Source: Ranitomeya imitator (Eukaryota). Taken from it: a DNA stretch of 64,000 bases. Positions within the stretch are counted from its first letter, which is position 1; every line of letters starts with the position of its first letter. Under the pieces are notes generated by a model. The model had not been told where the DNA came from. It made no database searches and was given only the letters and a program-made list of their open reading frames with translations. The DNA is taken from the NCBI RefSeq assembly GCF_032444005.1, contig NC_091291.1, positions 7,192,001-7,256,000 on the forward strand, written 5' to 3'. A program made the translations under genes and the position numbers. Shown piece by piece: positions 9,642-21,621 of the stretch.

Positions 9642-12600
9642 GTGTGGGGGAGGGGGGTGGGGAGGGAAGTTAGACAGCTCAGAACGGGGAGTAAAGACAT
9701 AACTAAAGATGATGAGTCACATAATAGGGGACGCTTTAAGATATTGAGTTGGAATGTGAGATGTCTGGCGGATAAGTCTAGGAGAGCTGCGAGTTTGCAG
9801 TATGCGAAGGATCAACGGGCCTCTATGATATGTTTGCTAGAGACGCACTTAATACGGGAGAAGGTGGACGTACTGAATAGACGATGGATTCAGAAGGGGT
9901 ATCATTCTACCTTTTCGACGTACTCAAGGGGTGTGTCAGTGTTGGTGCCGGTGGGAGTGCAGTATGAAGAGGTGAAGGTATGCGTGGATGCAGAGGGTCA
10001 GTATGTGGTGATACAATGTATATTGTATGGAGTGAGAGTGTGTGTGGCGGCAATGTATATTCCACCTCCATATTCAAGTAAGAAGATCAGGGAGGTGTTG
10101 GAGAAGGTGGAACGATGGGGACCACTTTTAATTATTGGGGATTTGAACAATATTTGTGACGACTTTTGGGATAAAAATAAGAACACCCAGAACAGGTCGG
10201 AGGGGCACACTACAACATTTGGTACCTATGTGCGTGAAATAGGTATGATTGATCTATGGAGAGTTAGACATGTTGGGGAGAGAGGGTACTCGTGCTACTT
10301 GCCGGCTCATGCTACGCTATCCAGAATTGATATGGCGCTGGGTAACCGCCTGTTAGACACAATGGTGGGGGAGGTGCGTTATTTGCCGAGGGCCCTTTCG
10401 GACCACAGTCCAATTGAGGTGGAGGTCAGGTTGTTGGGGACACGGACCGCAAGCGGGAGAGAATGGAAGATCCATCCTAACTGGTTACAGAGCATTGACT
10501 TGGAGGGTATAGGGAAGGAGGTGACGGAATTATTTGCCTTAAATGATGGGAGTACAGATGCTCTAACTGTTTGGGATGCAATGAAAGCGTACCTGAGAGG
10601 GTTACTATTTAGAGACATTAGTAGGTGTAAGCGGAAGACAAGGGAAGCGGAGAGAGTGGCGGTGGAGGAGCTGAAGGCTGCAGAGGACGAGATGGTAGTG
10701 TTGGGGACCTCCGAGGCAGGGAAAAGGTTGAGAAAAGCGCAAACTCATATGGAGAAGATTCTGCTGGGAAAAGCTGAAAGGAAGCGGGAGTTTCAAAGGG
10801 TGACTTATTTTCAGGAGGGAGAAACAGTGGGCCACATGCTATCGGTGGTGGCTTCTGCTCAGCGTAGTACCTCGTATGTACATTCGTTGGTTTCGGATGG
10901 GGGGAGCAGGATATCTGAAACACCTGGAATTATAAAGGTCTTTGCGGACTTTTACACGGACTTATATTCCTCCAGGGTCAATGAGTCAGCCGGAGATACG
11001 GAAACTTTCCTGGAGAGTCTGGGTCTTCCGAAATTGAGTGAGGAGGATAGGGTGAGCCTCGATGCCCCTATCACCGAGGAGGAACTGAGTCGAGCGCTGA
11101 AGTCTATGGCCAATGGGAAGGCACCTGGGGTTGATGGGTTACCAGCCGAAATCTATAAAAGTTTGGGGGAGGTGTTGATTCCCAGATTAAAGCTAGTACT
11201 GGAGGAGGCTGGATGCCGGGGGTATCTCCCAGCATCTATGAGGGAAGCCATTATAGTGGTTATTCCGAAGGAAGACAAGGATCTGGGGAAACCTGAGTCA
11301 TATCGCCCAATCTCTCTGTTAACCATCGATGTCAAGCTACATTCGGATCAGTCCGGCTTTATGCCTGACAGGTCTACAGCGGTTAATCTGCGGAGGCTGT
11401 ATATGGATCTGCAGCTGAAGTCTGACAATTGTGGCCGGAGGGGGGTTGCGTCTTTGGATGCACATAAGGCGTTCGATAGTGTGGAGTGGGGATATCTCTG
11501 GCAGGTGTTGAAGTGTATGGGTATTGGACCACAATTTGTGTCATGGATTCAATTACATAGTAACATATAGTAACATAGTTAGTAAGGCCGAAAAAAGACA
11601 TTTGTCCATCCAGTTCAGCCTATATTCCATCATAATAAATACCCAGATCTACGTCCTTCTACAGAACCTAATAATTGTATGATACAATATTGTTCTGCTC
11701 CAGGAAGACATCCAGGCCTCTCTTGAACCCCTCGACTGAGTTCGCCATCACCACCTCCTCAGGCAAGCAATTCCAGATTCTCACTGCCCTAACAGTAAAG
11801 AATCCTCTTCTATGTTGGTGGAAAAACCTTCTCTCCTCCAGACGCAAAGAATGCCCCCTTGTGCCCGTCACCTTCCTTGGTATAAACAGATCCTCAGCGA
11901 GATATTTGTATTGTCCCCTTATATACTTATACATGGTTATTAGATCGCCCCTCAGTCGTCTTTTTTCTAGACTAAATAATCCTAATTTCGCTAATCTATC
12001 TGGGTATTGTAGTTCTCCCATCCCCTTTATTAATTTTGTTGCCCTCCTTTGTACTCTCTCTAGTTCCATTATATCCTTCCTGAGCACCGGTGCCCAAAAC
12101 TGGACACAGTACTCCATGTGCGGTCTAACTAGGGATTTGTACAGAGGCAGTATAATGCTCTCATCATGTGTATCCAGACCTCTTTTAATGCACCCCATGA
12201 TCCTGTTTGCCTTGGCAGCTGCTGCCTGGCACTGGCTGCTCCAGGTAAGTTTATCATTAACTAGGATCCCCAAGTCCTTCTCCCTGTCAGATTTACCCAG
12301 TGGTTTCCCGTTCAGTGTGTAATGGTGATATTGATTCCCTCTTCCCATGTGTATAACCTTACATTTATCATTGTTAAACCTCATCTGCCACCTTTCAGCC
12401 CAAGTTTCCAACTTATCCAGATCCATCTGTAGCAGAATACTATCTTCTCTTGTATTAACTGCTTTACATAGTTTTGTATCATCTGCAAATATGCTATATT
12501 CATTACCGACAGCTAAAATCAGAGTGAATGGGGAACTTTCTCAGCCTATAAAGTTGGCCAGAGGTACGAGGCAGGGGTGCCCACTGTCGCCCCTTGTTTG

Positions 12601-14354
12601 CCTTAGCTGTGGAGCCACTGGCCGCCAAGATCCGACAGTCGGATGAGGTCCCTGGGTTCAGATATGGGAGTGTTGAGGAGAAGATTGCGCTATATGCGGA
12701 CGACATTTTACTGTTCCTGGCGGACCCGGATGACGCCTTGAAAGGGGCCATCGAGATCATTGAAAAATTTGGGGCCTTGTCGGGACTGAGGATAAATTGG
12801 GATAAATCGGTCCACTTTGATGTGGATGGGGTGGAGGAGAGTGGGAGTGAGCCATTGGGAGAGGGGCGGCTTAAGGTGGCATCCCTTTTTAAATACCTGG
12901 GAATATGGATCTCGATGCCAGTTACAGAGTTTTTGTATAGGAATTTGACTCCTCTCATGGGCGTCCTTAAGGCAAAAGTGGATGCGTGGAATAAATTACA
13001 CCTATCGGTGGTGGGTAGGGTTAATCTTATTAAAATGGTTTTGATGCCCAAAATACTCTATGTCCTCCATAACGCGCCAGTTTGGATTCCACGTGGGAAG
13101 TTCTGGCAGATTAATGCTCTTTTTAGAAGCCTGATATGGGGGAGGCAGTACCCACGTATTAGCCTGGAGACGCTTCAGCGACCCAAGGAAGATGGAGGGT
13201 TGGCTTTGCCCAACCCTGAGTTATATTTTCTTGCAGCCCAGAGCCAGCATTTGAAGGGCTGGGCGCGGGAGGCGTCCTCCGGTGCGGTACAACACTTGAT
13301 GGAGGGGGTGACAAACAGACGACCGGTGGTGCAGTGTCTGGAGGATGGCTCCTTGGGCGTATTGGGGAAATTGTATCCAACTATGTTTTTGATACAGAAA
13401 CTATGGACCAGACTGCGACAGATTCGGGGGGTTACGGGACTGACTAAATTTACACCGATATGGCTTAATAATAATTTGGTTGAGTTTGCGGCTCTGGGAG
13501 TGCTGGCGGAGTGGCAGGCCAAAGGAATCCATTTGGTTGCTCAGATAATTCAACAACGAGTGTTAAAGTCCTTTTCGCAGCTGCAAGGGGAGTTTGGATT
13601 GAGACCGACTGGTGAGTATCAATATGCCCAGATGAAGCATGCTTTTAAAGCTCGAAACAGGGGCGGTGGTATTGAGATCCAGGAGGACATAGTTCTGGAA
13701 TACGTGTGTGGGGAAGGATCCACAAGGGGAGTCATTACCACCCTTTATAAGGACCTTCTACATGCATATTTGCTAGACTTCCCCCTAAAAGCGAGAGCTA
13801 AGTGGGAAAGAGATTTAGGCCCAATGGAGGATGAAACCTGGGAGTCGGTGTTGGAGTCGGTTCCACGAGTGTCACTGAGCGAGCCGTATAGACTATCGCA
13901 GCTGTACATCTTGCACAGAGTCTATAAATCACCGGAAGTGTTGTGCAGAGCGGGGTTGCGTGCTGACTCTGAATGCCCGAGATGTAAGACTGGGAATGCA
14001 GGAATATATCACATGATGTGGACATGTCCAAGACTGGTTGCTTTCTGGTTGGTGGTATTGAGTCGTGTGGAAGGGGCGTATAAATGCAGAGTGCCGAGAG
14101 ATCCGATGGTGTGTATACTGGGATATGTAAAGGAAATTAGAGTGGATAATACCTGGAAGATAGCAATAGCTAGGCTATTATATATGGCAAGGAAGGTAAT
14201 AGCAAGGAACTGGATCAAGGAGGAACCGCCTACAAGGGGGGAATTCCTGAAATATGTTAAACATGGTCTCAATCTGGAAAAGGGGGTCTACAAAAGACGT
14301 GGGAAAACAGAAATGTTTGACAAAATGTGGTCTCCGTGGCTCGAGCTGGGATGA
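9642..14354 (+). pseudogene. L1 ORF2 (APE endonuclease, RT, CCHC), disrupted
   Basis: EN motifs ILSWNV, LETH, IGDLN, SRID, SDH. RT motifs [31 protein letters not shown]-terminal CPRC..HMMWTC. Lesions: in-frame loss between IDVKL and HSDQSG, CR1 insertion at 11555-12492, and a 1-nt frameshift near 12593. Confidence 0.92.
11555..12492 (-). mobile_element. 5'-truncated CR1 LINE inserted antisense in L1 ORF2
   Basis: RT C-terminus (FADDTKL...KCKVIHMG...RPHMEYCVQFW), 3'UTR and (GTTACTAT)n tail. Removing it restores L1 W-I-Q-L-L-Y-S. No clear TSD. Confidence 0.95.
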
Positions 14355-14692
14355 GTAGGTATGGGAAATGGGTGAATGAAGACCTGTGAAGGGGGGAGAT
14401 TGCTAGAGGAATAAGCGGACATAAGTGAGTCAAGCGGCTCAAAGAGCCATCAATACTGGTAATAAAAGTATAATTGGGAAGGAGCTGTCATGGGAGGGGG
14501 AGGGGGGGTTAGTTGGGAGGTTTGGAAAATGAAGAAACTTTGTAATATAATGGAAAATGCATAAAATGTAATGTTCATGTTTATTTTCAATAAAAATCTA
14601 TTTAAATAAAAAAAAAAATATATATATATTTTCCGCATCATGAAGTCAACACAAGGAAGTGTCTGAAGATCACGTAGGTGACATGTACCGAA

Positions 14693-16211
14693 TATCACAC
14701 AGGAGAGGATTAGATACACAGCTCAGCACACGGTATCACACAGGAGAGGATTAGATACACGGCTCAGCACACGGTATCACACAGGAGAGGATTAGATACA
14801 CGGCTCAGCACACGGTATCACACAGGAGAGGATTAGATACACGGCTCAGCAGTCAGTATCACACAGGAGAGGATTAGATACACGGCTCAGCAGTCAGTAT
14901 CACACAGGAGAGGATTAGATACACGGCTCAGCAGACAGTATCACACAGGAGAGGATTAGATACACGGCTCAGCAGACAGTATCACACAGGAGAGGATTAG
15001 ATACACGGCTCAGCAGTCAGTATCACACAGGAGAGGATTAGATACACGGCTCAGCAGACAGTATCACACAGGAGAGGATTAGATACACAGCTCAGCAGAC
15101 AGTATCACACAGGATAGGATTAGATACACGGCTCAGCAGTCAGTATCACACAGGATAGGATTAGATACACGGCTCAGCAGTCAGTATCACACAGGATAGG
15201 ATTAGATACACGGCTCAGCAGTCAGTATCACACAGGAGAGGATTAGATACACGGCTCAGCAGACAGTATCACACAGGATAGGATTAGATACACGGCTCAG
15301 CAGACAGTATCACACGATAGGATTAGATACACGGCTCAGCAGTCAGCATCACACAGGAGAGGATTAGATACACGGCCCAGCAGACAGTATCACACAGGAG
15401 AGGATTAGATACACGGCTCAGCAGTCAGTATCACACAGGATAGGATTAGATACACGGCCCAGTAGACAGTATAACACAGGAGAGGATTAGATACACGGCC
15501 CAGCAGACAGTATCACACAGGAGAGGATTAGATACACGGCCCAGCAGACAGTATCACACAGGAGAGGATTAGATACACGGCTCAGCAGACAGTATCACAC
15601 AGGATAGGATTAGATACACGGCTCAGCAGACAGTATCACACAGGAGAGGATTAGATACACGGCTCAGCAGACAGTATCACACAGGATAGGATTAGATACA
15701 CGGCTCAGCAGTCAGCATCACACAGGAGAGGATTAGATACACGGCCCAGCAGACAGTATCACACAGGAGAGGATTAGATACACGGCTCAGCAGTCAGTAT
15801 CACACAGGAGAGGATTAGATACACGGCCCAGTAGACAGTATCACACAGTAGAGGATTAGATACCAGGCTCAGCAGACAGTATCACACAGGAGAGGATTAG
15901 ATACACAGCTCAGCAGTCAGTATCACACGATAGGATTAGATACACGGCTCAGCAGACAGTATCACACAGGATAGGATTAGATACACGGCTCAGCAGACAG
16001 TATCACACAGTAGAGGATTAGATACCAGGCTCAGCAGACAGTATCACACAGGAGAGGATTAGATACACGGCTCAGCAGACAGTATCACACAGGATAGGAT
16101 TAGATACACGGCTCAGCAGACAGTATCACACGATAGGATTAGATACACGGCTCAGCAGTCAGCATCACACAGGAGAGGATTAGATACACGGCCCAGCAGA
16201 CAGTATCACAC
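14693..16211. repeat. 41-bp tandem array, about 37 copies
   Basis: Unit CACACAGGAGAGGATTAGATACACGGCTCAGCAGACAGTAT; ends about 85 bp before the PLA2 catalytic exon. Confidence 0.97.
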
Positions 16212-16295
16212 ATTAGTTAGATCCTGTAGAACAGACTATTGTGTTTGCAGCTGGTTTCCGTTCCTGTGTATCAGTGACGCTCCGTTTATTTGCAG

Positions 16296-16402
16296 GTGCT
16301 GTCAGAGACATGACTGCTGTTACGGAGCTCTGTCCCGGACCGGCTGCTTCCCGATGTATCAGCGGTACATCTTCTCCCGGGTCGCTCGGAACATCACATG
16401 CG
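16296..16402 (+). CDS. PLA2G2E: sPLA2 catalytic exon (His48/Asp49)
   Basis: 107-bp AG/GT exon in phase with the previous exon: (W)CCQRHDCCYGALSRTGCFPMYQRYIFSRVARNITC. Confidence 0.93.
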
Positions 16403-16804
16403 GTAATACTGATCTCTGCTCCCACCTGATTGTCAGAGCCCCCGTGGATCAGACGCAGGGGTGTTCATGCTCTGCCCATGTATGTTCTGTTATGCTGTAA
16501 TGTCTATTGTCTGTACAATTCCAGTCTATAATTTGTAAAGCGCTGCGGAATATGTTGGCGCTATATAAATAAAAATTATTATTATATATATATATGCAGT
16601 GTAGCATTCTGTCCGATAAACAGGAGGCTCAGGCTGAACAGAGACCCCATTATCCGTCTGTCATACAAGGACATCCCCTCCCCGTGTCCGATCATGCATG
16701 TGGCAGGCAGCATCGTACATATACACCACGTTTATGGGGAGATAATAGATTGTCAGCTCTTGGGTCGGGCCTCCGTATAGTAATCACCATTTTCTCTGGC
16801 CCAG

Positions 16805-16971
16805 ATGACCAGGATCTTCATGGATGTGCGAGACGGAGCTGTGAGTGTGACCGGGCGGCCGCCATCTGCTTCCAGACATTCGATCATCGATATTCCAGGA
16901 GCCACAGCAAGAACATGCCAAGGAAGGGATGCGAGGGGCCGCAGCCGCCATGTGAGCCGTGCGCCGTGTGA
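16805..16971 (+). CDS. PLA2G2E: sPLA2 last coding exon
   Basis: CCCAG acceptor, phase matches: (D)DQDLHGCARRSCECDRAAAICFQTFDHRYSRSHSKNMPRKGCEGPQPPCEPCAV*. Contains the CECD Asp99 motif and the group II C-terminal Cys extension. Confidence 0.92.
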
Positions 16972-17818
16972 AGCTGATGCATGGCGGGGGTTCAGCCAGC
17001 AGAGGGTCTTATTAAAGTCGTCAAGAACAGACAACCCCTTTAAGGCAAAATAGACAAGGTGACGTCGGCCATGACAGGTCGTGCGGACCACAGTTTGCCC
17101 TTCGTTGGGTCACAGTGCAGCCGGGACAAGCAAATCACAAATGCTTGGATTATTTCAGACTTGCTTGTGGCGGTTGCAGACCCCTGGGGGTCACAATATG
17201 GCCCCATTACCCTGCGTTATACGGCAATATTTGGCCACATTCACTCCCTTCCCGGATTCTAATCAGAGGGCGGTACGGCACGCATAATAACGCTCAGCAC
17301 AATCGTTACCCTCCTTCTACCTCTAACTGTAACTCCAAGCATACGTTTCCTCCTCTTTTCCTTTGCCCCCTTACTTTAAATTGAGGAAATTTAAAGGGAA
17401 CCCCGTTAGGGTGTATTTACATATGGAAATCGCAGTATTGGTCCCCCCGATAAAAACGACACTTTTTTTGTAGTGATCCGATGTGTTAGTCATGAAAAAG
17501 TCAGTGTAGAAGCCATATGCAAATCAGGCTCAAAGTGCACAGGGGGCGTGGATTGGGAGAGACAATTCACGCCCCCAGTGCACTTACAGCCTGATTTACA
17601 TATGGTTTCTACACTGGATTTCTCACGACTGACGGGTAGGTGTCGGCTTTATCGGGGCACGGGTGTGTACACGGCCATACCGCTGCTTCCAAACCTGCCT
17701 GCTGATGGGTTCCCTGTAAGTGACTGGAATCAGAACTTATAAAGTACAATCATTGTAAGACGACGTGTAATCTTACCCTTCTGTTGGCACCACGCGCATC
17801 TGTCTTCTGAAATCGAGA

Positions 17819-17828
17819 AATAAATAAA
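17819..17828 (+). terminator. Candidate poly(A) signal of the sPLA2 gene (overlapping AATAAA x2)
   Basis: First AATAAA I could find downstream of the 16971 stop. Motif only. Confidence 0.4.
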
Positions 17829-17896
17829 TGCAGAACGTAAAATGATAAAGTGCAGTTTTTATGAAAAACAAAACAATGAGAATCTGCAGAATTGTG

Positions 17897-18838
17897 GCTG
17901 CAGCTGTGGAGGTGACTGGAGCGCAGCACAGCTTGGGACAAGTCACTCTTGCTGCAGCTCTGGAGGTGACTGGAGCGCAGCACAGGTTGGGAAAAGTCAC
18001 TTGCTGCAGCTCTGGAGGTGACTGGAGCGCAGCACAGGTTGGGAAAAGTCACTTGCTGCAGCTCTGGAGGTGACTGGAGCGCAGCACAGGTTGGGAAAAG
18101 TCACTTGCTGCAGCTCTGGAGGTGACTGGAGCGCAGCACAGCTTAGGACAAGTCACTCTTGCTGCAGCTCTGGAGGTGACTGGAGCGCAGCACAGGTTGG
18201 GAAAAGTCACTTGCTGCAGCTCTGGAGGTGACTGGAGCGCAGCACAGGTTGGGAAAAGTCACTTGCTGCAGCTCTGGAGGTGACTGGAGCACAGCACAGG
18301 TTGGGAAAAGTCACTTGCTGCAGCTCTGGAGGTGACTGGAGCGCAGCACAGGTTGGGAAAAGTCACTTGCTGCAGCTCTGGAGGTGACTGGAGCGCAGCA
18401 CAGCTTAGGACAAGTCACTCTTGCTGCAGCTCTGGAGGTGACTGGAGCGCAGCACAGGTTGGGAAAAGTCACTTGCTGCAGCTCTGGAGGTGACTGGAGC
18501 ACAGCACAGGTTGGGAAAAGTCACTTGCTGCAGCTCTGGAGGTGACTGGAGCGCAGCACAGGTTGGGAAAAGTCACTTGCTGCAGCTCTGGAGGTGACTG
18601 GAGCACAGCACAGGTTGGGAAAAGTCACTTGCTGCAGCTCTGGAGGTGACTGGAGCGCAGCACAGGTTGGGAAAAGTCACTTGCTGCAGCTCTGGAGGTG
18701 ACTGGAGCGCAGCACAGCTTAGGACAAGTCACTCTTGCTGCAGCTCTGGAGGTGACTGGAGCGCAGCACAGGTTGGGAAAAGTCACTTGCTGCAGCTCTG
18801 GAGGTGACTGGAGCACAGCACAGGTTGGGACAAGTCAC
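17897..18838. repeat. 52/54-bp tandem array, about 18 copies
   Basis: Unit GCTGCAGCTCTGGAGGTGACTGGAGCGCAGCACAGGTTGGGAAAAGTCACTT with a recurring 54-bp variant. Confidence 0.97.
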
Positions 18839-19143
18839 AACATTTGTGGATTAAACAGAAGGTTCAGTTAGGAGCAATAATGTGCATCCGGCTGATAACA
18901 GAGAACAATTCATTGTTTTTTTTACTCTCCAGCAGAGACAGGACGCAGGAGTACCGTGAACGAGTGAGTTTTGCATAGATCAGTAAAGCCTGGGAGAAAT
19001 CCTTCGATTCTCATTTTCTTCTAAATTAAAAAATGTACTGAAAAAGTTCTAAAGATTATCTCCCCCTAGAGTCAGGGGATGAGTCCAGCGCCTGCTGGGA
19101 CTTGTAGTCTCACATTGTCTAACCATAGCTCTCAGTAACCGGA

Positions 19144-19149
19144 TTTATT
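19144..19149 (-). terminator. Candidate OTUD3 poly(A) signal
   Basis: AATAAA on the minus strand about 90 nt past the stop codon. Motif only. Confidence 0.45.
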
Positions 19150-19241
19150 GTGATCTCCCATCATGCACCATGAACGCTTACAATCCCGCAGGGGCGGAGC
19201 CTGGTAGCGCGGGGGTGTGGACACTGGATGAGAGGAGCGGC

Positions 19242-19415
19242 TCAGATGTTAAGGGTGGAGATCGCCTTCACCACGGTCACCCCGGAGGAGTCTTCCTCCT
19301 GCCGGTTATTGTCCGCGTTATTGCTCCGCTGCTCCTGCGCCTTCTGCCGGTGTCTCTCCTCCTGACGCTTCTTCTTCTCCTGCCGCTGCTGATCTTTCCT
19401 CTGCTTATTGCTTAC
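19242..19415 (-). CDS. OTUD3: OTUD3 exon 8 (last coding exon)
   Basis: VSNKQRKDQQRQEKKKRQEERHRQKA...VTVVKAISTLNI*, matching the OTUD3 C-terminus; TAG acceptor. Confidence 0.93.
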   Translation of the reverse strand, partial: VSNKQRKDQQRQEKKKRQEERHRQKAQEQRSNNADNNRQEEDSSGVTVVKAISTLNI

Positions 19416-19932
19416 CTACAAAATTTCATCAACATTAATTTGAAGTGGAGAAAAAAAAAAAAGAAATCCCTACCCGACAGCAGCGGACCATTACAGGTTA
19501 TTCCCATCTACAATCATCAGGAGCGCACCGCTCCCCTCTCGGATTTCTGCTCCTGATGATTGACAGTTCCCTTTAAGGGGTAAATTATATGAGGCTGGAG
19601 TGTATAAAAGCTTCCACAAGGGCAGTCACTCAGCTTTCCCAAGTCCCTGAAGGCCAAATCGGCCAGGTTATGCAGCCATTAAGGAGCTGGGCATGATCTG
19701 TTGTTCAGGAGTCTGGGAAAGCTGGGTGATGATCCCAAGAGATGCTGTAAGGAGAGCGGCAGACATGGCCGCCATTCCTGCCGTTGTTCAGCTTTTCGAA
19801 GGGATAGTAAGGAGAACTAGTCATTAGGTGACGTCCGATCTGCCGATCAGGAGTCCGGGAAAGTGAGGCGACAGCGATCAGGACCCAGAGTACAAGGACC
19901 CGATACTGGAAACATCCAGAGAAGCCGTTTAC

Positions 19933-20141
19933 CTTCTGGCTGATGTTTTTCTTGTTCTGCTCCTGTGGGTCATCCCTGGGCCTCGGCTGCCGGCCCTGCG
20001 TCCTGTGCACGGCCTGTTCTTTCTGTGGGGCCGGAGGGTGCTGGGGTCTTCTTTGGGGGTCCAGCCCTTCGCAGTCACCCGGCTCCCATGTTGCTGATGA
20101 GTATGAGCAGTCGCTTCCTTCAGCTGCACAGTCCGCATCAT
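19933..20141 (-). CDS. OTUD3: OTUD3 exon 7
   Basis: AG/GT exon of 209 bp whose phases fit its neighbours (1 in, 0 out). Poorly conserved linker ending ...QNKKNISQK. Confidence 0.8.
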
Positions 20142-20224
20142 CTTAGGAAAACGTGGACGTCACTGACACACTGTTACGACCTGTCAGCGGTCCGAGATGT
20201 CCGATTTGTAGGGGGGGCACCTAC

Positions 20225-20321
20225 CGATTTGCTTCAGCTCCTTGATCTGGAGGACGACTTGGATGGTGGACTCGATGTCGTAGCTCTCGGCCTCCAGACT
20301 CTGCAGGATGAGGCTGACGTC
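20225..20321 (-). CDS. OTUD3: OTUD3 exon 6 (UBA-like)
   Basis: DVSLILQSLEAESYDIESTIQVVLQIKELKQI; AG/GT. Confidence 0.9.
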
Positions 20322-20427
20322 CTACAAGCAAACACTGCGCGGTTACAGCAGATCTGGACGCCGTTCAGAGGACAGCGAGACATAAAATATCGCAGAACTT
20401 CCTCCCTGGATTCCGCAATCATCTTAC

Positions 20428-20544
20428 CGCGCAGCCGGTGGCGTTCCGCACTTTCTGCACCGCGTCCAATCGCAGCTCTGCCCGCTCCTCCGATAAGTTC
20501 AACTTAGTTTTCCCCTTCCGGTTGGAGACGTCTTTGGAAAGCAT
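20428..20544 (-). CDS. OTUD3: OTUD3 exon 5
   Basis: MLSKDVSNRKGK...DAVQKVRNATGCA; AG/GTAAG. Confidence 0.9.
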
Positions 20545-20905
20545 CTGAACGTGGAGGAAGAACCACAATCAAGGAGCAGAAGACGGCAGTGAGGTGGGAA
20601 GATTGCCCTTTCTTAAAGGGGTTTTCTACCTTTAAGAATCAAGGAACCCAACTGTTACATGTAAAGTAACAAGATCAGAAAGTTCTAACTCTCCCTGGGT
20701 GAAGCACCCACTGCCCGACACTGCTGCGGGCTCGGTCTATTGATCGTGACATTGCCGCTGCAGACAATCACTGACCTCAGCTGCAGTTAGACAACAATAT
20801 GATGGGCGCAGTGGTGCAGACCCGAGAGGGTGAGTACTGTCAGATTTCTTGACTACGATGTAATTAGTCGCTGTCCCTGGTGATACGACGTGTCGTCTCG
20901 GTTAC

Positions 20906-21028
20906 CTCTGTCTGCAGGTGGGCCGGCGTCTCGGTGTTGTCGTTGACGGGGCGGACGCTGTCGTAGTGCTCTCCGTAGCGGTAGGCGATGTGCAGCTCCC
21001 GGGCGTTGGCCTTGTCCGAGCCTCGGAT
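20906..21028 (-). CDS. OTUD3: OTUD3 exon 4 (catalytic His)
   Basis: [41 protein letters not shown]; AG/GT. Confidence 0.95.
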
Positions 21029-21476
21029 CTGTGTGGACAGAGCAGACTCCTCTGAGCGCTCGGGAAAGGTAAATGTTCAGCAGAATTTACAGGTCTAGCT
21101 GCCCCTCCGCCCAAAAGGCAGAAAAAGAAAGTTACATATTTCCATCCTCCATTTACCCTGCACGATGCTTGATGAATGCCGCGCACCTGGACCGGTTTTT
21201 GCCTCTTTCAGATCTCCGCAGGCTGCGCTCCGTTTCTTCCTGGCGGCCTTCAGCAGCTCATGGCATGTATTGGAACAAAGGATCATCGGTGTTTGTGGCG
21301 TCACCCGTGTGGTATGAATGGCGGGAGGTTCTTTGATTGTTTTAATACTTTTACACATAATATAAATTCGCCGCACAGTAAAGTGATCACGTCGTTCATG
21401 CTGGGCAGCAAAACGATACACAAAAGACCGTCGACACGATCTATGCAACATCGGGAGTGGAGCAGAGGTCCGTTAC

Positions 21477-21589
21477 CTGCCACAGAGGGTTATTCAGTTG
21501 GTGAATCACCACGTTCACTTGGTTGTTGCGTGCAAAAGACACAATCGCATCATTACCAGCAAAGGTTCCCGGCTGCGCCAGGTTCTGAA
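21477..21589 (-). CDS. OTUD3: OTUD3 exon 3
   Basis: (V)[37 protein letters not shown]; AG/GT. Confidence 0.95.
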
Positions 21590-21621
21590 CTACAATGAAG
21601 AGCAAGAAGAAGTGAAAAACA

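Larger units (their letters stand above)
8029..14625 (+). mobile_element. Full-length L1-clade LINE (inactivated), with nested CR1
   Basis: Starts GGGGCGTGGCC; has ORF1, ORF2, AATAAA and an A-rich tail. 14-bp TSD ATATTTTCCGCATC at 8015-8028 and 14626-14639. Confidence 0.95.

Noticed and set aside
12347-12646. 99-aa ORF appearing to be a novel RT fusion
   Set aside because: It is antisense CR1 sequence running into the resumed L1 ORF2 across the insertion junction.
16955-16971. Possible CaaX prenylation motif at the sPLA2 C-terminus
   Set aside because: The last four residues are P-C-A-V, so the Cys is at -3 rather than -4, and the protein is secreted.
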